Of a DNA stretch of 61,162 nucleotides, positions 24,336 through 36,986 are shown piece by piece (positions within the stretch are counted from its first letter, which is position 1; each line of letters opens with the position of its first letter). The stretch is from Catajapyx aquilonaris (taxonomy: Eukaryota). The stretch is taken from NCBI GenBank assembly GCA_000934665.2, contig KZ538110.1:62001-123162 (forward strand), read 5' to 3'. Made by a program: the position numbers and the translations under genes. A model generated the notes under the pieces. The model saw nothing but the letters and a program-made list of their open reading frames with translations. It made no database searches and was not told the DNA's origin.

Positions 24336-25996
24336 GATGGCGTGTCCTCTAGGGAGCCGACACCAACGACGCAACTTCTTTTCAGTCACTTTCGCAGGCG
24401 GGGGCTGGTCTGACGCACTGCACTGGTTAACAAAATGTGGACACCTTCCAACTACAATAGCATGTTTACAATGCACATTTTCCGAATCAGATCACACGGC
24501 CTGGCACTACTGGCAGGGTTGTAAAGAAGATCATAGCTTTCAGTTAAGGACAACAGAAGCAGGCACTTGGAGTACGGAAACCTGGCCGTTTGGGAGCACT
24601 GCAATCGCCATTGTGGCGCCCCTACCACGTTTATTGCTTACATACAGGACAACCGAGGACAACCACGCTCTGGTTATCATTTGCAAGCACGTTTGCAAGC
24701 TTTGCGAAATAGGTCATGTAGTGACATAGATGGAACTCAGATGGCACTACAGATACCTTGCCGTACCTTGCAGATACATCTTGACGCATTAATGAAACGC
24801 AATTTAGTTATTCATTGCAATATCATTTATGTTTATTGTAACGTAATGTTCTGACCTTGGGCTACGTTAGTGGTGTTTTTTCGCCGCAGTGTGGCACTGG
24901 TGTGGTTCAAGCGTTCAACTGCCGCGAGGTTCAATATGGATCAACATGACTTCATTGACTTTATGAACTCAAGATTTCCACGGCTCAAGCTGAGCTGCCT
25001 CTTGGGCCACCTTCTGCATCAACATGATCTCCTTTATAGATGCCCATCATTCACAAAACCAATCTTTCAGCTCGCACTCATTCCTGTGGACACAATTGTA
25101 TTATAATAAGAGCAGTAATTATATCCTTGTTGCACTGCAAAAACTCTCCCACAGACGAGTAGTAGGTCTTTCCGAACCTGCAAGCTAGCAAGCATTACCT
25201 CCCTGTACTGTACCAGGACCAGTAAATTAATCTATCATTGGGAGAATATTCCAATGGAGGTCCCAGCTGGTTCGCCAGCGACGGCGGTACTCTCTTACTC
25301 GAGCGGTTCTCGGACCTGACTCACATTTCTTGGTAGGACGGGGTGCTTGGGAGAATATCCCACCCCTGTCTCTGGGTTGGACCTGGCATTGCAGCATAGC
25401 CGGGGCAAGCCTTGGCCGGAGTCAGCCCTCCTCTTCCCCACCCTTCTAACTCACCCCCTACCTTATTATTGCAATCCCACACCTTCCTCTCCTACCCCCG
25501 GCTGCCAAGGCTCCATTCGGAAGAGCCATACAAGCTAGGTAACCCTTCCAACCTACCAACCAATTAAATTGTACCAGTAGTCTCAGTTCTACAGTAGGAA
25601 AAGATGAAATCTATTTTAACACACTCAATTATTTGGTAAATCTCGAGGGGGCTGATCCCGGGGTGGACCCCTGACTGGGGGTATCCCAGTAGGGTTTGCC
25701 CTCGAGAAATTCCTTGGTAATCCATTCCAAACCAACCAACCAATCGGGGTCTCCATTCTACAGTCGGGTCAAGATTTAATATACAGTATTCTTTTACACT
25801 CAATTTATCAGTAAATCCCTGTTGGCCCTGGCCACTGGATTGTTTCCTCTTCAACATCAACATGGCCACAGGCATTTTATTCCCTCCTCTCTCTTGATCT
25901 CCGTCGTACGAGTGTAATATTGTCACATCAAAAAGTAATAATTAAAATTTTGAAAGTCATTTGACCCTGAACTTGCATTGTTGTTCAGGTCTGATG

Positions 25997-26001
<5 letters not shown>

Positions 26002-26031
<30 letters not shown>

Positions 26032-26348
26032 TGTTGGGTTAGTGCTCACCCAGAGGGTATTTGCACGGACCTTTATTTCAATCGAAGTATACATGGTGCC
26101 ATATTCGAAGCGCCCTGGCCCACGGGCAGGATGACAGGAGGGGATGTGCAAGTGCAGTGCAGTAACGGTGCTTGGTCGTTTTGTGAACTCCCCCGGATGG
26201 TTTAGTCTGTGGATATACCACCCGAGACGAAGCCAGAGACTACCCCAGAACTCTGCACGAGATGAAGGGGGTGTCCCCGGGCTGGGATCGAACCCGGGAC
26301 CTTAACATCCGTGGGCGCGCACGTTACCGCGGCGCCACTCCGTCTCCC
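26002..26348 (-). mobile_element. tRNA-derived SINE family B
   Basis: (ATT)n tail; 13-bp TSD GTCTGATGTGAAT at 25989 and 26350. Confidence 0.88.
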
Positions 26349-26868
26349 TGTCTGATGTGAATCATGTAATCCACATTGTCAATTTTTTCTACCAAGCTGC
26401 TTATTTTGAAGCCCCTTTAAAGGACTTTCTTAATCCCAAATTCATTGCAATTTAGAGCTTGAATGGATGATTAAATTCAGCCTAATATTAGTAAATAATA
26501 TGTTGATAATCATTAAAAGTAATTATGCATAAATGACTGCAACAATAAAATAAGCATATTAGTGCTAACCAATAGCCACAGCAGTCAGACCAGCAGTATT
26601 TAGGATCACCCTGTATTGTGGTGTACAGTAATGTGCCATAACAGTGACGTGAATCTGGATTTACCGCTTTGATATTTGAAGGGAGTTTGAAATAGCCTCC
26701 AGAGCGTGACACATTAAGATCGCCTGTTCTGTCCAGGGGCTCCACCACAGGGTAGGCTGCATCAGTCTACCCACTTTTTAGAGAATCAATACAGTTCACC
26801 CCAGAGATGTAACAGCCTCGTCTATAATGATAACAACAACAAAAACAACTACTTTTCATTAACGGTCT

Positions 26869-27057
26869 TTAATCATTGGCTGTGGTGTGATGGATTTTCA
26901 TTGTGGGAGGAAACAGGACAGCCCTGAGAAACCCATGTGAGCACAGAGAGAACCTATCAAAGCTCTATCCACATAAGTATCCTCTGTCCGACCCAAGCCA
27001 GGGATGGAACTCAGGACCTCCGAGATGGAAGCCTGTGGTGCTAGCCACTCACCACCT
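26869..27057 (-). mobile_element. Degenerate SINE family A copy
   Basis: Shares GAGGATACTTATGTGGAT and the GGGTTT..TTTCCTCCCAC core with the other two copies. Confidence 0.7.
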
Positions 27058-27422
27058 ATAACAGACTCGAAAGGCTGGTCCCGGCATGTATGGCCAGTGT
27101 ATAACAGACCTCGGTTAAACAGACTCATTTCCACAGTCCCCTGATGTCTGGTAGATCTGGAGTCTACTGCAGTAGCATCTCTTTTAATTTAAAAGCTACA
27201 GTAATAAGGTAAGGGCATGCTATGACTAGCCTACCCTCTTTAAAAGAGCTTACATAGCCCCTTCCTGAAAAAGGAGGTGCCTAGCTCACCCTTCCTTCCC
27301 CCCATGGTATGGCAGTGAGAAAAAATTTTCCTTGAATTTTTCTTGGAAATAATGAAACCTAATGTGGACACAGACATCATTTTCAGTTCCCTTCGTTAAC
27401 AAAAACCCCATGTACAGCATAA

Positions 27423-27953
27423 AGGTGCATTTACAGGTGAGGGATTTGACGAGCGAAGTCTTCACCAAGTGGTAACATCGCTGAGTAACCCAAGTAACCA
27501 GTATTGTTTGAGGCGAAAATCGATTGTTACTTACACCTCAAACAACATTCAAAAATAATAATCATAATAACCCGATTGAGAGATCAACGCTCCATTAGGG
27601 GGGTGGAACACCACCATATTTTCAATTTTATTGGTTTTTCTTCATACTCCGGTGCAGGGAAATCAGGGAAATTGGGTAAGGATAGGGATTTTTGGGGAGG
27701 GGACACGGGTGCAAGTGCAATGTCTCATTCTGGGCCATGTGCAGTCCCCCAGGAGGTTAGGTTGCCAGACACCTCCTTGGTGCAGGTCAGAGACCCTCCC
27801 GACACAGGTGAAAGGAAGTTCCCCAGGCAGGGATCGAACCTGGGACCTTCCACTCAGCAAGCCGAGACGTTACCATCTCGGCCACCACACCTCCCCCACC
27901 TCAAACAATATTGGTTACGTCGCTTGTCAAATTGCTCACATGTAAACGCACCT
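27423..27953. mobile_element. Harbinger-like MITE containing SINE family E
   Basis: TIR AGGTGCATTTACA / TGTAAACGCACCT, TAA TSD; uninterrupted sister copy at 50771-50948. Confidence 0.82.
27546..27896 (-). mobile_element. tRNA-derived SINE family E
   Basis: Head GGGGAGGTGTGGTGGCCGAGATGG..GGTTCGATCCC; 12-bp TSD CACCTCAAACAA at 27534 and 27897. Confidence 0.88.
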
Positions 27954-29359
27954 TAATTCATTCTTAGTGTCAAATCATGACTCAATTAATCCACATTTTG
28001 ATCCATTTGAGATGGGTTCATATTGAGATTATCAGTATCTCCCAGCAGGTTCAGGGATGAGAGATATCTTTTGAAATTCTCAGGTGACAGACATGTTCAC
28101 ATCATAGTTGCTCATATTTGCATTTGTGTCTTGTGAACCTGACAATCCTCCCCAATGCATCTCCACCTTGCTGAGGTGGGGCAGCTTGCATTTCTCCCAT
28201 AATCCCAAGAGCTATGCTGGTGGTATCTTTGTCTACGAGCATGGCCACTACACCCAAGTCGGACAAGTCTTTGGGATAGGAGACAGACTGAGACACATAT
28301 CAATTTTTCCTCTCTTTTTTTTCACTTCATCTCCATCTTTGCATCTTCTTATAGCCAGATAGCCATAGTTGCTCCTCCCTAATAAACCTAAACCTAACCT
28401 GACCAGTTTGAAGTAATGATTTGAGAGTACCATTTCCATCCCCTTCACATATTATTCAGTCAACTTGGATATCTAAAAGATTGTCAATAGGAAGTGAAGA
28501 CAGACCAAAGGGATCCACTTCAGGATTATGTTAATACACCTTAAATTCTTTTTCAGGGTCTAGTATTGACAAATATAACTGAAACCTGTTCATGAAGAAT
28601 TTTTGCAGTGGAGTGGTTCAACTATAAGCAGTTTACACTGCTGCAATGACAGTCTTTAGCATGTGGTGGTGCAATATATTTTATTGCCTTGCCAGTGCAG
28701 ATATCAGAGTTAAATGTGACAGTGCAGAATAACAAAATGAAGTTTTAAGAGTGAATGTCAGCTTAAGAAAGTTGCCAACTGCTACAGAAGCACAGAAAAT
28801 GGGACTTATAACATGTTTCTAATTTACGTCAAACTGAAACACGTATGGCTACAAGTTAACAGCAAAATGGGCGTTGTTTAGTGTCATATATCAATTGGTG
28901 CAACTACCACAAATCCAGTACAAAAACTTGTCACTTGTAACCAACAAAAGAATTCAGCTTCCAAAACATGAATTTCTCACACCCGTATTAATCATGGTAG
29001 GCAGCAAAATGACAGGAAAAGGCCATTAATTACACAAATGCATGAACAACATCAATATAATGCACGTGCTCTGCTGGTGTACTACTTAACACACATGGAT
29101 GTGGGCAAAAGACAGGTGGATGTGTCAATTAAGTAACTTGTTTTTGGTAATGTGCTTTTCTGTACTTACGTGAATACAACTTTTGCATTTGTGCTTGTTA
29201 CACTATTACTGATCAACTGCATGTTTTTCTTTTACTTGCTTTCATACTGTACACTTTTGAAGTACCAATATTATGACACCATTCTTTACCAATCAAAGTA
29301 GTTGTCAGCTGTAATTTTTGTCACCATTGAACCACAAGAGTTGGAACTCATGTCATATG

Positions 29360-30316
29360 CAAAGAACGGATTTCTAGGTTTTTGTCTACTTTTTCTTTTG
29401 TAGGCAGAAGACCAGAACCAAAATATCTATCAGTTTCATAACACAAGGACCTCAAAAATCGTAGTTTTATAAAATCTAAAATTGCCTATTCGGACGTTGG
29501 GACCTAAATGGCCTATTAGCGCCTATTTTCGCCTTTTTAACGCAATTTCAGCAATTTCGTAATATTTTCGGCAGTTTTTACTTGTTTCAGTTCAAGTCAT
29601 CCCTCCCGCTTCAACCTGTGAATATAGCGAAGAAGCTGTAGCCTATAAACATGCCGTATGAACTGGCTGTACAAGACATTTAACTTTTCAAGAATGATCC
29701 AGTTGTTTTGTGAGATGTCAAAAGGTCATTTTTAGTGTATAAAGTTGTACTGTCACACAGGCACCGAAGCAGTAGTGGTGGAGTGGATAGGGTGTCCGAC
29801 TGCTAATCGGGAGGTCCTGGGTTCGAATCCCGGAGGCCGGCGACCCTGACCATGGTTTTCTGTGGTTTCCCATGGTCCTTGCAGGATAATTCCGGGGTCG
29901 TTACCGTAATATAGGCCACAGCCGCTTCCTTCCTTCCCTTTCCCTGCTTCATTCCGAAGATGAGAAAAATAGTAAAAAATGGAAGAGTTCCAGACAAAAA
30001 AAATTGGGAGAAATCCCCCCCTAGGAAGGCCCGTAGGCCGATAATGGGGTATCAAATTATTAATTATTATTATACTGTCACACAGGCATCGCCGACACAT
30101 AATAATAAAAAACTAAAATGTGGAACAACTGCTAATTTTTTACGGTGTTGCAAAATTACATGGCCAAGAGTAGGTTGCAGTAGTATGCATGGGACTGAAA
30201 ATAAATTAGGACCTGCTGGATTTTTAGTGCCGATTTAAGAGCCTATATTAACTGTTTTCAGGACCTAAATGCCTACCTATTTGAGGGTTTTTTAGAACCT
30301 AGAAATCCGCTCTTTG
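29360..30316. mobile_element. hAT-like MITE containing SINE family C
   Basis: TIR CAAAGAACGGATTTCTAGGTT / AACCTAGAAATCCGCTCTTTG; perfect 8-bp TSD GTCATATG; GCCTA subterminal repeats. Confidence 0.85.
29764..30072 (+). mobile_element. tRNA-derived SINE family C (core resembles insect Lm1/Talua-type SINEs)
   Basis: 16-bp TSD TACTGTCACACAGGCA at 29748 and 30073; core GGTTTTCTGTGGTTTCCC..GGCCACAGCCGCTTCCTTCC; a fragment also lies at ~36635-36715. Confidence 0.87.
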
Positions 30317-31678
30317 GTCATATGGTATGTTATTTAAAATTCTAACACTTGAGCCCGTATGCCTATGGTGATGAAGTATACATGTTAAGTTATAACTGTG
30401 TGATAGGAAGATGATGATGCATGTCACAAAGGAATCCAAAGTCCAGACGACAATATACGAATGACCCTAAACCAGTTGTCATATACCTAAAATGAAGCCA
30501 GGATTGATATACCTAAACCAGCAGCTTTCATTTATTCAATGACTGCAGCCATGGAGGCAAAAGTGCTGACTTCCTTAAGGGACTATACAGTGTGTTCTAA
30601 GTTATAGAAGTTATAGAATGGGGCACATAGTTAGGGGCACAACAAGCTACAAAAAATAACTTCTATAGGGCGATATCAGTTATCAAGAAGTGACCCACAA
30701 ACTTGGAACACCCTGTATATTAACTTGTTATAACAAAGTTTGACACTTCACAAGTAGCTGGTGAGAACGCAGACCACCAAAAGCAAAGTAATAGTCATAA
30801 CACAACAGTCTGGTGCCTCCACCTGTCCGTGGTGGTGGGACCTCCGCCAACCCTACACATTATGCCTGTAATAGCTTTGACTATTGGCAGGATCACTCAA
30901 GTTGGACAGGTTTTCATGCAGTAGGAAACATACCAAGAAAGACAGTCTTTCCTACTTGCTCTCCTTCACCCCTTCCATTCTCTCAATCTATAGCTCTACC
31001 TTCTTATAGCTTAGTTGCTTTGGAATCCAACGTCCTGTATGTAACTCTATGCCCATTTAGTGTACCTTTACTGTAGACTTTGAAAAAATTGAACAAAAGC
31101 TACTGCACACAAGCTCTTGTCATTGTTTGATGGGCTATTTTAAATAACTTGACAGGAGTGTATCCATATCCATATGAGGAACAAATAGAGAGCACTGCCT
31201 TTTGGTATCCTCAAGTGTCACATTTTTCAGGGCAATGACAGAAGGGTAGCAGATATCATTCTCATTTTGTTTCCCCAATTCTTCTGTGATCTGCACAACA
31301 TCTTACTACCACACAAAGTATAACTTGGGCAGAACTACAAAATGTCACAGAGTTAATCACATTATATAGGCTCAGATGTTTGAATATAAATGCACATGCC
31401 ATGACTCTGTTCCATCCCTTGTACTACGCACTATGTTGGTTGCAAAGAAACTGCAGAGCTGGCTTCACCCTTGAAATGCCTATAGTAAGCCTATGCATAC
31501 ATCTGTTATTCTGCTCTACCTTTAGAAACCTTCAGTGGCCCAGCCAAGAAATAATTGCCTGACATGTAATTTTGTTCTAGCCAGTTCAACAATGCCACAC
31601 ATTCCTCTTAGTTTCATCACATGACTCAAGGCACCATGAGTTATGCAGAAAATGCTGAAAACATTATGCCCAACCATC

Positions 31679-32254
31679 TCACTCTTCATGCTCTTTTTGG
31701 CCATCCCTCCTTCCCCCTCTTGTGTCTAAATCAGAGTCATCATCTTCTGCGAGGTGCACTGCAAGGAAGTAAAGTTCAGCCAGCCCAACCACAAGTCCAC
31801 AGATGACCCCAAGCAGTAGCCTAACTCCAATGTCCAGTTCATCTCCCCAGGTCAGTCTTGATCCATAGAACCCAAAGCAGAAGGCTGCAGCCACAGACAC
31901 CACAAATTGAAGAACTGCTACAATTTGCCGGTTCATAGCTCTTATTTGCATGCCCAGTCCAGAATCACCTCCTAGAGATGCATTGGCACGTCTGGCAGAG
32001 TTAACATCCCGAGTCATTCGACAGTATTCACGTTCCTCTTGCTCTGCTCGAAGGCGAGCCAGTCTGGCCTGGAGGCGTGGGTTGGGAACTGAGGGTGGTC
32101 CAGGGGTCAGTGGCACAGGAAGGGATATGCGGGAACCCAGAAGGGAGGTGTGCAAGGGTATGGGATTTCTTGATGAACGGATATCTCGCAGCTCTGTGGC
32201 AGTCAGGGTGTCAGGCAATGAAGGTGAATTTGGGTGGATCGTTATACCAGGCAT
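31679..32254 (-). CDS. TMEM199: Transmembrane protein 199 / V-ATPase assembly factor Vma12, 191 aa, intronless CDS
   Basis: ORF has NPRLQARLARLRAEQEEREYCRMTRDV followed by two hydrophobic helices (QIVAVLQFVVSVAAAFCFGFY; LLLGVICGLVVGLAELYFL), the Vma12-family pattern. An in-frame TGA lies two codons upstream of the ATG; splice acceptor at 32280 in the 5' UTR. Confidence 0.88.
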   Translation of the reverse strand: MPGITIHPNSPSLPDTLTATELRDIRSSRNPIPLHTSLLGSRISLPVPLTPGPPSVPNPRLQARLARLRAEQEEREYCRMTRDVNSARRANASLGGDSGLGMQIRAMNRQIVAVLQFVVSVAAAFCFGFYGSRLTWGDELDIGVRLLLGVICGLVVGLAELYFLAVHLAEDDDSDLDTRGGRRDGQKEHEE

Positions 32255-32769
32255 TGTTCAGACATTCAGCCAGCAGTATCTGATAACAAAAAGTGCATGT
32301 CATTAGGAACATCTTGGTAAAATTTTCTTAGGGCATTTTTCATATCAATGGTTTGTGTCAGTGATGTACGTAACTTGTGTTGCCCCAGTACCTAAATTCT
32401 TCAATAATAAGCACATGAGTTTCTCTATCTGCAGGTGTGCACTATCATGCCACATCTCTACAACTGACATTTCAATTGGCACAATCAGCATCAACAAGTA
32501 GTCTGTCATGGCAAATATTTTGGCCAAGAAATGACTGAATGAGGAGGCTGTGACCTGCAAAGTGTCATCTCTCCATATGCATAATCTGCACTAATTATCC
32601 CACTGCCTCCTGTAAAAATCCCACCAAATGTAGCTGCCAATAATGCCCGTAACGCATACAAGTATATTTATCACTGATGAATGACTCGACAGGCAATGGA
32701 CCAAAGCAGCAATTCGACAAAAAAAACAAAAAACAAAAAACAAAAAAAACACGCGCACACACACACACA

Positions 32770-33018
32770 GGCGCACATTCCTATCCTTGTTAGGTTTTTC
32801 CAAAATTTAAAATTTAAACATAACCTAACCTACAAGGAAACACAAAATTTTGGTGAAATATATTTTTACTGTCTTTATGAGGTATTGCTTCGATTTTACC
32901 CTATCCTTGTGAGGCGTGTGTTCACTATGAGGTACAGGAAAACTCGTAATGACAAAATTCCTCACAAGGATAGGAAAAACGCGTCAAAAATTCCTCACAA
33001 GGACAGCAATACGTGTCC
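32770..33018. mobile_element. MITE embedded in a (CA)n microsatellite
   Basis: (CA)n on both flanks; CTATCCTTGT(GAGG) motif twice forward and twice reverse. Confidence 0.7.
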
Positions 33019-34493
33019 ACACACACACACACACACACACCAAAGTACAGGGTGATGAGAAGGTTGTGGATTCCTTCCCCCTGCCCCCTTCTCTCTCATA
33101 TGCACATTTATTTTCAAAACAATACCTTTAAAAAATTTATTACATGGTGAGCTTGGAAACATTTCCTCCCCTTATGGCCTACATTTGGGTCTGTAATCCA
33201 TAGTATATCTGTCACTATTTTTTGAGCATTACTACACTTTGTCACCAAAGCTTTCATCAAGTGTTTCTGCTACAGCTCTTCAAGTTGCTTCAACCAGAGG
33301 AGTACTGATGTCCCAAGCATTTAATTATTGTTAGTAGCGCTGTCAACAGTCATTATTGGCAACTGTGATGTCACTACTCTAATCTGGTTTCAATAATGTT
33401 ATAAAATATAATTGTCATTGTTTTCCATTGCCCGTGATGTGTGTCTAGAGTGGTCACTTCTACTGAACATATTTCCATCGCCTGCCATACAGAGGCACAC
33501 TATAACAGTGTACTTATTCAGATGTCCACATATGGCCTGATTTGCCTATTTTTAACTATTATATTTCAAGGGTGAACATGGTTCATGACCTGTGATTGCA
33601 TGCAATAAGCAAGATGTTAAACATCAAGCACAAATTATTGTCCTAAAACTGTGACCAGTATTTACTGCACTATATTCACTTGCAGTCCAAAATCAAACCT
33701 TAGCATAGTCAACTCTTGCAATGACAAATATGACCCACCTCATGAGCTGCAGCTCCGTCTATTCACAAAAGTTGCAAATGTTGATCGACGTTTGGGATGT
33801 TTTCTGTAGAAATTGTTCTCACTCTTGTTCCCTCTAGGCCCTCATTTTCTCAAGGATCACTTCTACAGTATATCCACCTCCAAACCAGTGAATTGATCCT
33901 CTGTGGAATAGAAAAAGTCGTTGCCAGCTTCAACAATTGCTCATTGCACCTCTCCTGAATCCAGAGAACAGGATTAACTTTAAAAAATAAAATGCAGCAT
34001 AAATGAAAATAATCCAGACTGACCATAAAGCAAACACAAGTGCAACATAAATAGCGAATCATTTGTCTGTTCAATATTTTCCTTTCTAACATGCAGAAAC
34101 ATTTTGGATCCCATGCAGCTGTGTCACCGCTATTGTGGTATATACACGTTACGTGTCAACCTCTGCAGGGACACGTACCTCAAACTCATCCATGAGGTAA
34201 GAATTTGACTCGTCCGCTGAAAACCGGGCGGTGGTGGAGAAGGCACGAATAAGTTATATCCCGTCCATGTCTGCCGAGGATTGCAAGGGAGAGGAAAATA
34301 TTGACAAAACGTGTGTGCAACAAGCATGTGACAAAAAAAGGTTAACGGGTGCAAACACTCACTCACCTTTGACAGCGGCAGCCATCCTACCCATTTAATA
34401 TTACCTGTTTTTCGTACTGGCACACTGGCACTTTAGGCCGCTTTAGACAATTTGTCATGTGATGAACGAGGTAAAAACGAGTCAGATATGGTA

Positions 34494-34583
34494 CGCCATC
34501 TTGAATCTAGCGGCGGCCACAATACCTAACTTGAAACACGCGCCAATTTGAATTATTTGTCTGTTTCCTTTTCACTCGGAAGT
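34494..34583 (-). promoter_or_regulatory. Probable TMEM199 core promoter (YY1 and ETS motifs)
   Basis: CAAGATGGCG on - (34494-34503) and CGGAAGT at 34577-34583 in a locally CpG-rich stretch; donor sites AAACAG|GTAAT (34405) and AAAG|GTGAGT (34367) follow on -. Confidence 0.45.
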
Positions 34584-34599
34584 CGGAACACATTAATTA

Positions 34600-35014
34600 G
34601 CCTTCCAATTTCCCACTTCAGAATTCCGAAATTGAACAAAAAATTGACATCTGCAAAGGCTCAAACAGGAACTGGTAGAAATTCGTCCTTTTTCTCCCAG
34701 ATGTGCGTATACAAGACGAGGAGAATCGCTTATTACTATCGGTTTCATTTGGCAACCTGGATCGATGCCATAATTAGGCGATGCTGACATTTTTGAAGCA
34801 ATTGCGAAACTCAATTTGCCGTCAGATGACAGCCGCGCTGCAATCCCGAAATTCATATCTTTTTGCGATTTTATTTCGCAGGGGAATTCGTAGAAGTCCT
34901 TCATTTTTCGCCATAAAATCTCCCAATATCTTCCACGGCTTCCAATTTGTCAATTTTAACTTGAGGATTTCAAATTTTGGTAGTTTCGAAATTCTGTGTG
35001 GGAAATTGAAAGGG
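34600..35014. repeat. Inverted-repeat element, probable MITE, upstream of TMEM199
   Basis: CCTTCCAATTTCCCACTTCAGAATTCCGAA pairs with TTCGAAATTCTGTGTGGGAAATTGAAAGG. Confidence 0.55.
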
Positions 35015-35500
35015 TCATTAACATTCACAAGTCAGGTGTAATCTTGGACTAATAAAAATGGTAACACTTTCTCAAGATATAGGCTGGCAATGGAAATGAT
35101 GAAATATGTTATTTGGCCTTTTTGCCTGTCAAAATCTGGATGGCAATTTGTTCTAGATGCCATTATTTTGTTTCCCAATGCAATTATGATAATCTGATTA
35201 AAAATTTGAGAGCATTTACAAGTTCCCATGGGAGATAACTACACTTTTACATGTAATTATTTGCAACTCATTGATGTAATTAAGTTTGAAACTCAATTTT
35301 TCCTGGTGTCATACTTTTCTATACCTAAATAAGTAGTAATCACAATCTAATAATAATCATTATGTGGGCTTATAATGGCATTTGAAGAAGTACTGGAGTG
35401 TTTAGAATGCAACTGTACTGAATGTCCACTAGTGAGCATGCATTTAACAGCACAAGTGACATTTTCATCAACCCTTTGCATGTGTAAGCACACACATATA

Positions 35501-36601
35501 CAGCTGAATCCAGATATAACACACATCAAGGGACCTCAGAAAAATGTATGTTATAACTAGAGTCTGGATTTTTAGGCACGAAAAAACCTCGAAATAGGCA
35601 CAAAATTGTTATTTTATTGGGAGTATGGAGGATAATGTTACATAAAATAAATAAGCTAGAATAATTTTATAGGCCTAAAGTATAAAATATAAGGTCACAA
35701 ACCCTAGTAAAATCCAAATAACAACAATAAACTGACAGGAATAAATCACGAAATTTGGGTAAAAAACACAAAGCGCAATCAAGTATCACTTGCTCTGGAC
35801 TCTACCGCTTATAGCCAGTTTCCACTTGCACAATATGCTGCCAAATATTTTTCTAAATTTTCCACTGTTTGAAACAGTCAGAGGAAGTTTATAAAAATAT
35901 TTGGCATACGTGTCATGGAAACATGATTCGTAGTATTACTTCTGAACGATTTCAGGAGCACAAAAAATACTCCGCAAAAAACAAACATGCCTCTGAAGGA
36001 ATAGGTCTGGAATAGGCCCAAAAAGTCCCTAAATTGCTTCAAAAAGGTAAAAAACATATCCCAAAAAAGGCCAAATAGCCATGAATAGGCGCGAAAAGCC
36101 AGAATAGGCAAAATAGTTCCCAAAACCACCAAGTAGGAAATTTTAGGCACTATAAAACCGACATATTCCACATCCTAAATGTATGAAATGGATAGATCTA
36201 TTCACAAAACCATCCCAACTGCAAAGGACTTAAATAGTCATTTGCCTAAAAATCCGGACTCTAGTCTGTTATAACCAATATGTCTGTTATAGCCAAATTG
36301 CCACTTTTGCAACGAATTCAACGAACAATTAGGCAGGACCAAAAAAAAAAAGTCATTTTCTTCTGTCTTCTCGTTCTTGCCAAATATACCAGAAAAATAA
36401 TGATATTGACCTTTTGAGAACGTGTTAGCTCAGTGACAGGTGGGAAAATCATCCCTGCTCCAGTATGCAGTGCTTTCCTCCCGTGGGAAAGGAAGCAGCA
36501 GAAAAATATACATGGCCTTATGGAAGTATGGCAGGACAAGCCTTTCAACTCTGTTATAAGTTATAACCGAAAGTCTCCACTGTTATATCCAGATTCAACT
36601 G
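35501..36601. mobile_element. pogo/Tigger-like MITE containing a hAT-like MITE (35558-36263)
   Basis: CAGCTGAATCCAGATATAAC / GTTATATCCAGATTCAACTG with TA flanks; inner TIR TAGAGTCTGGATTTTTAGGCA / TGCCTAAAAATCCGGACTCTA. A second, truncated, inverted copy of the inner element lies at ~38075-38850. Confidence 0.75.
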
Positions 36602-36833
36602 TATCATCAGAAGGCATCTTTCCCATGTGCAGAATTCCCACGGTCTTTCTACGATAATTCCGGGGTCGCTTCCGTATAATAGGCCACAGCCGCTTCCTTC
36701 CTTCCCTATCCTTGTAGGTTGAAAGGCAATGCTGGGCCAACCTCCTTAAATATCAATTATAAAGTCACAAAAGGCATAATGGAATTCCAAATCCGAAGTT
36801 AAAATTGACTTCCAGTCTGTACATACGTACATA

Positions 36834-36986
36834 ATTGATCATATATCGAGGCAACTGCCAGCGACATTTTCCAAAGCGGCAGAAGAAGGAATCGAAGATA
36901 AGCATACTTCAAGCATGGGCGAGCAAGATTCCTTCTTCTGCTGCTTCGGAAAATGTCGCTGGCGGTTGCCTCGATATATGACCAAT
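36834..36986. repeat. Palindrome (~60-bp arms), probable MITE
   Basis: ATATATCGAGGCAACTGCCAGCGACATTTTCC..AGAAGAAGGAATC pairs with GATTCCTTCTTCT..GGAAAATGTCGCTGGCGGTTGCCTCGATATAT. Confidence 0.75.

Noticed and set aside
24280..24729. 149-aa ORF antisense to WDR45B exon 1
   Set aside because: Non-ATG start, promoter-region composition, no recognisable domain.
27504..27956. 150-aa ORF
   Set aside because: Lies entirely in MITE and SINE sequence.
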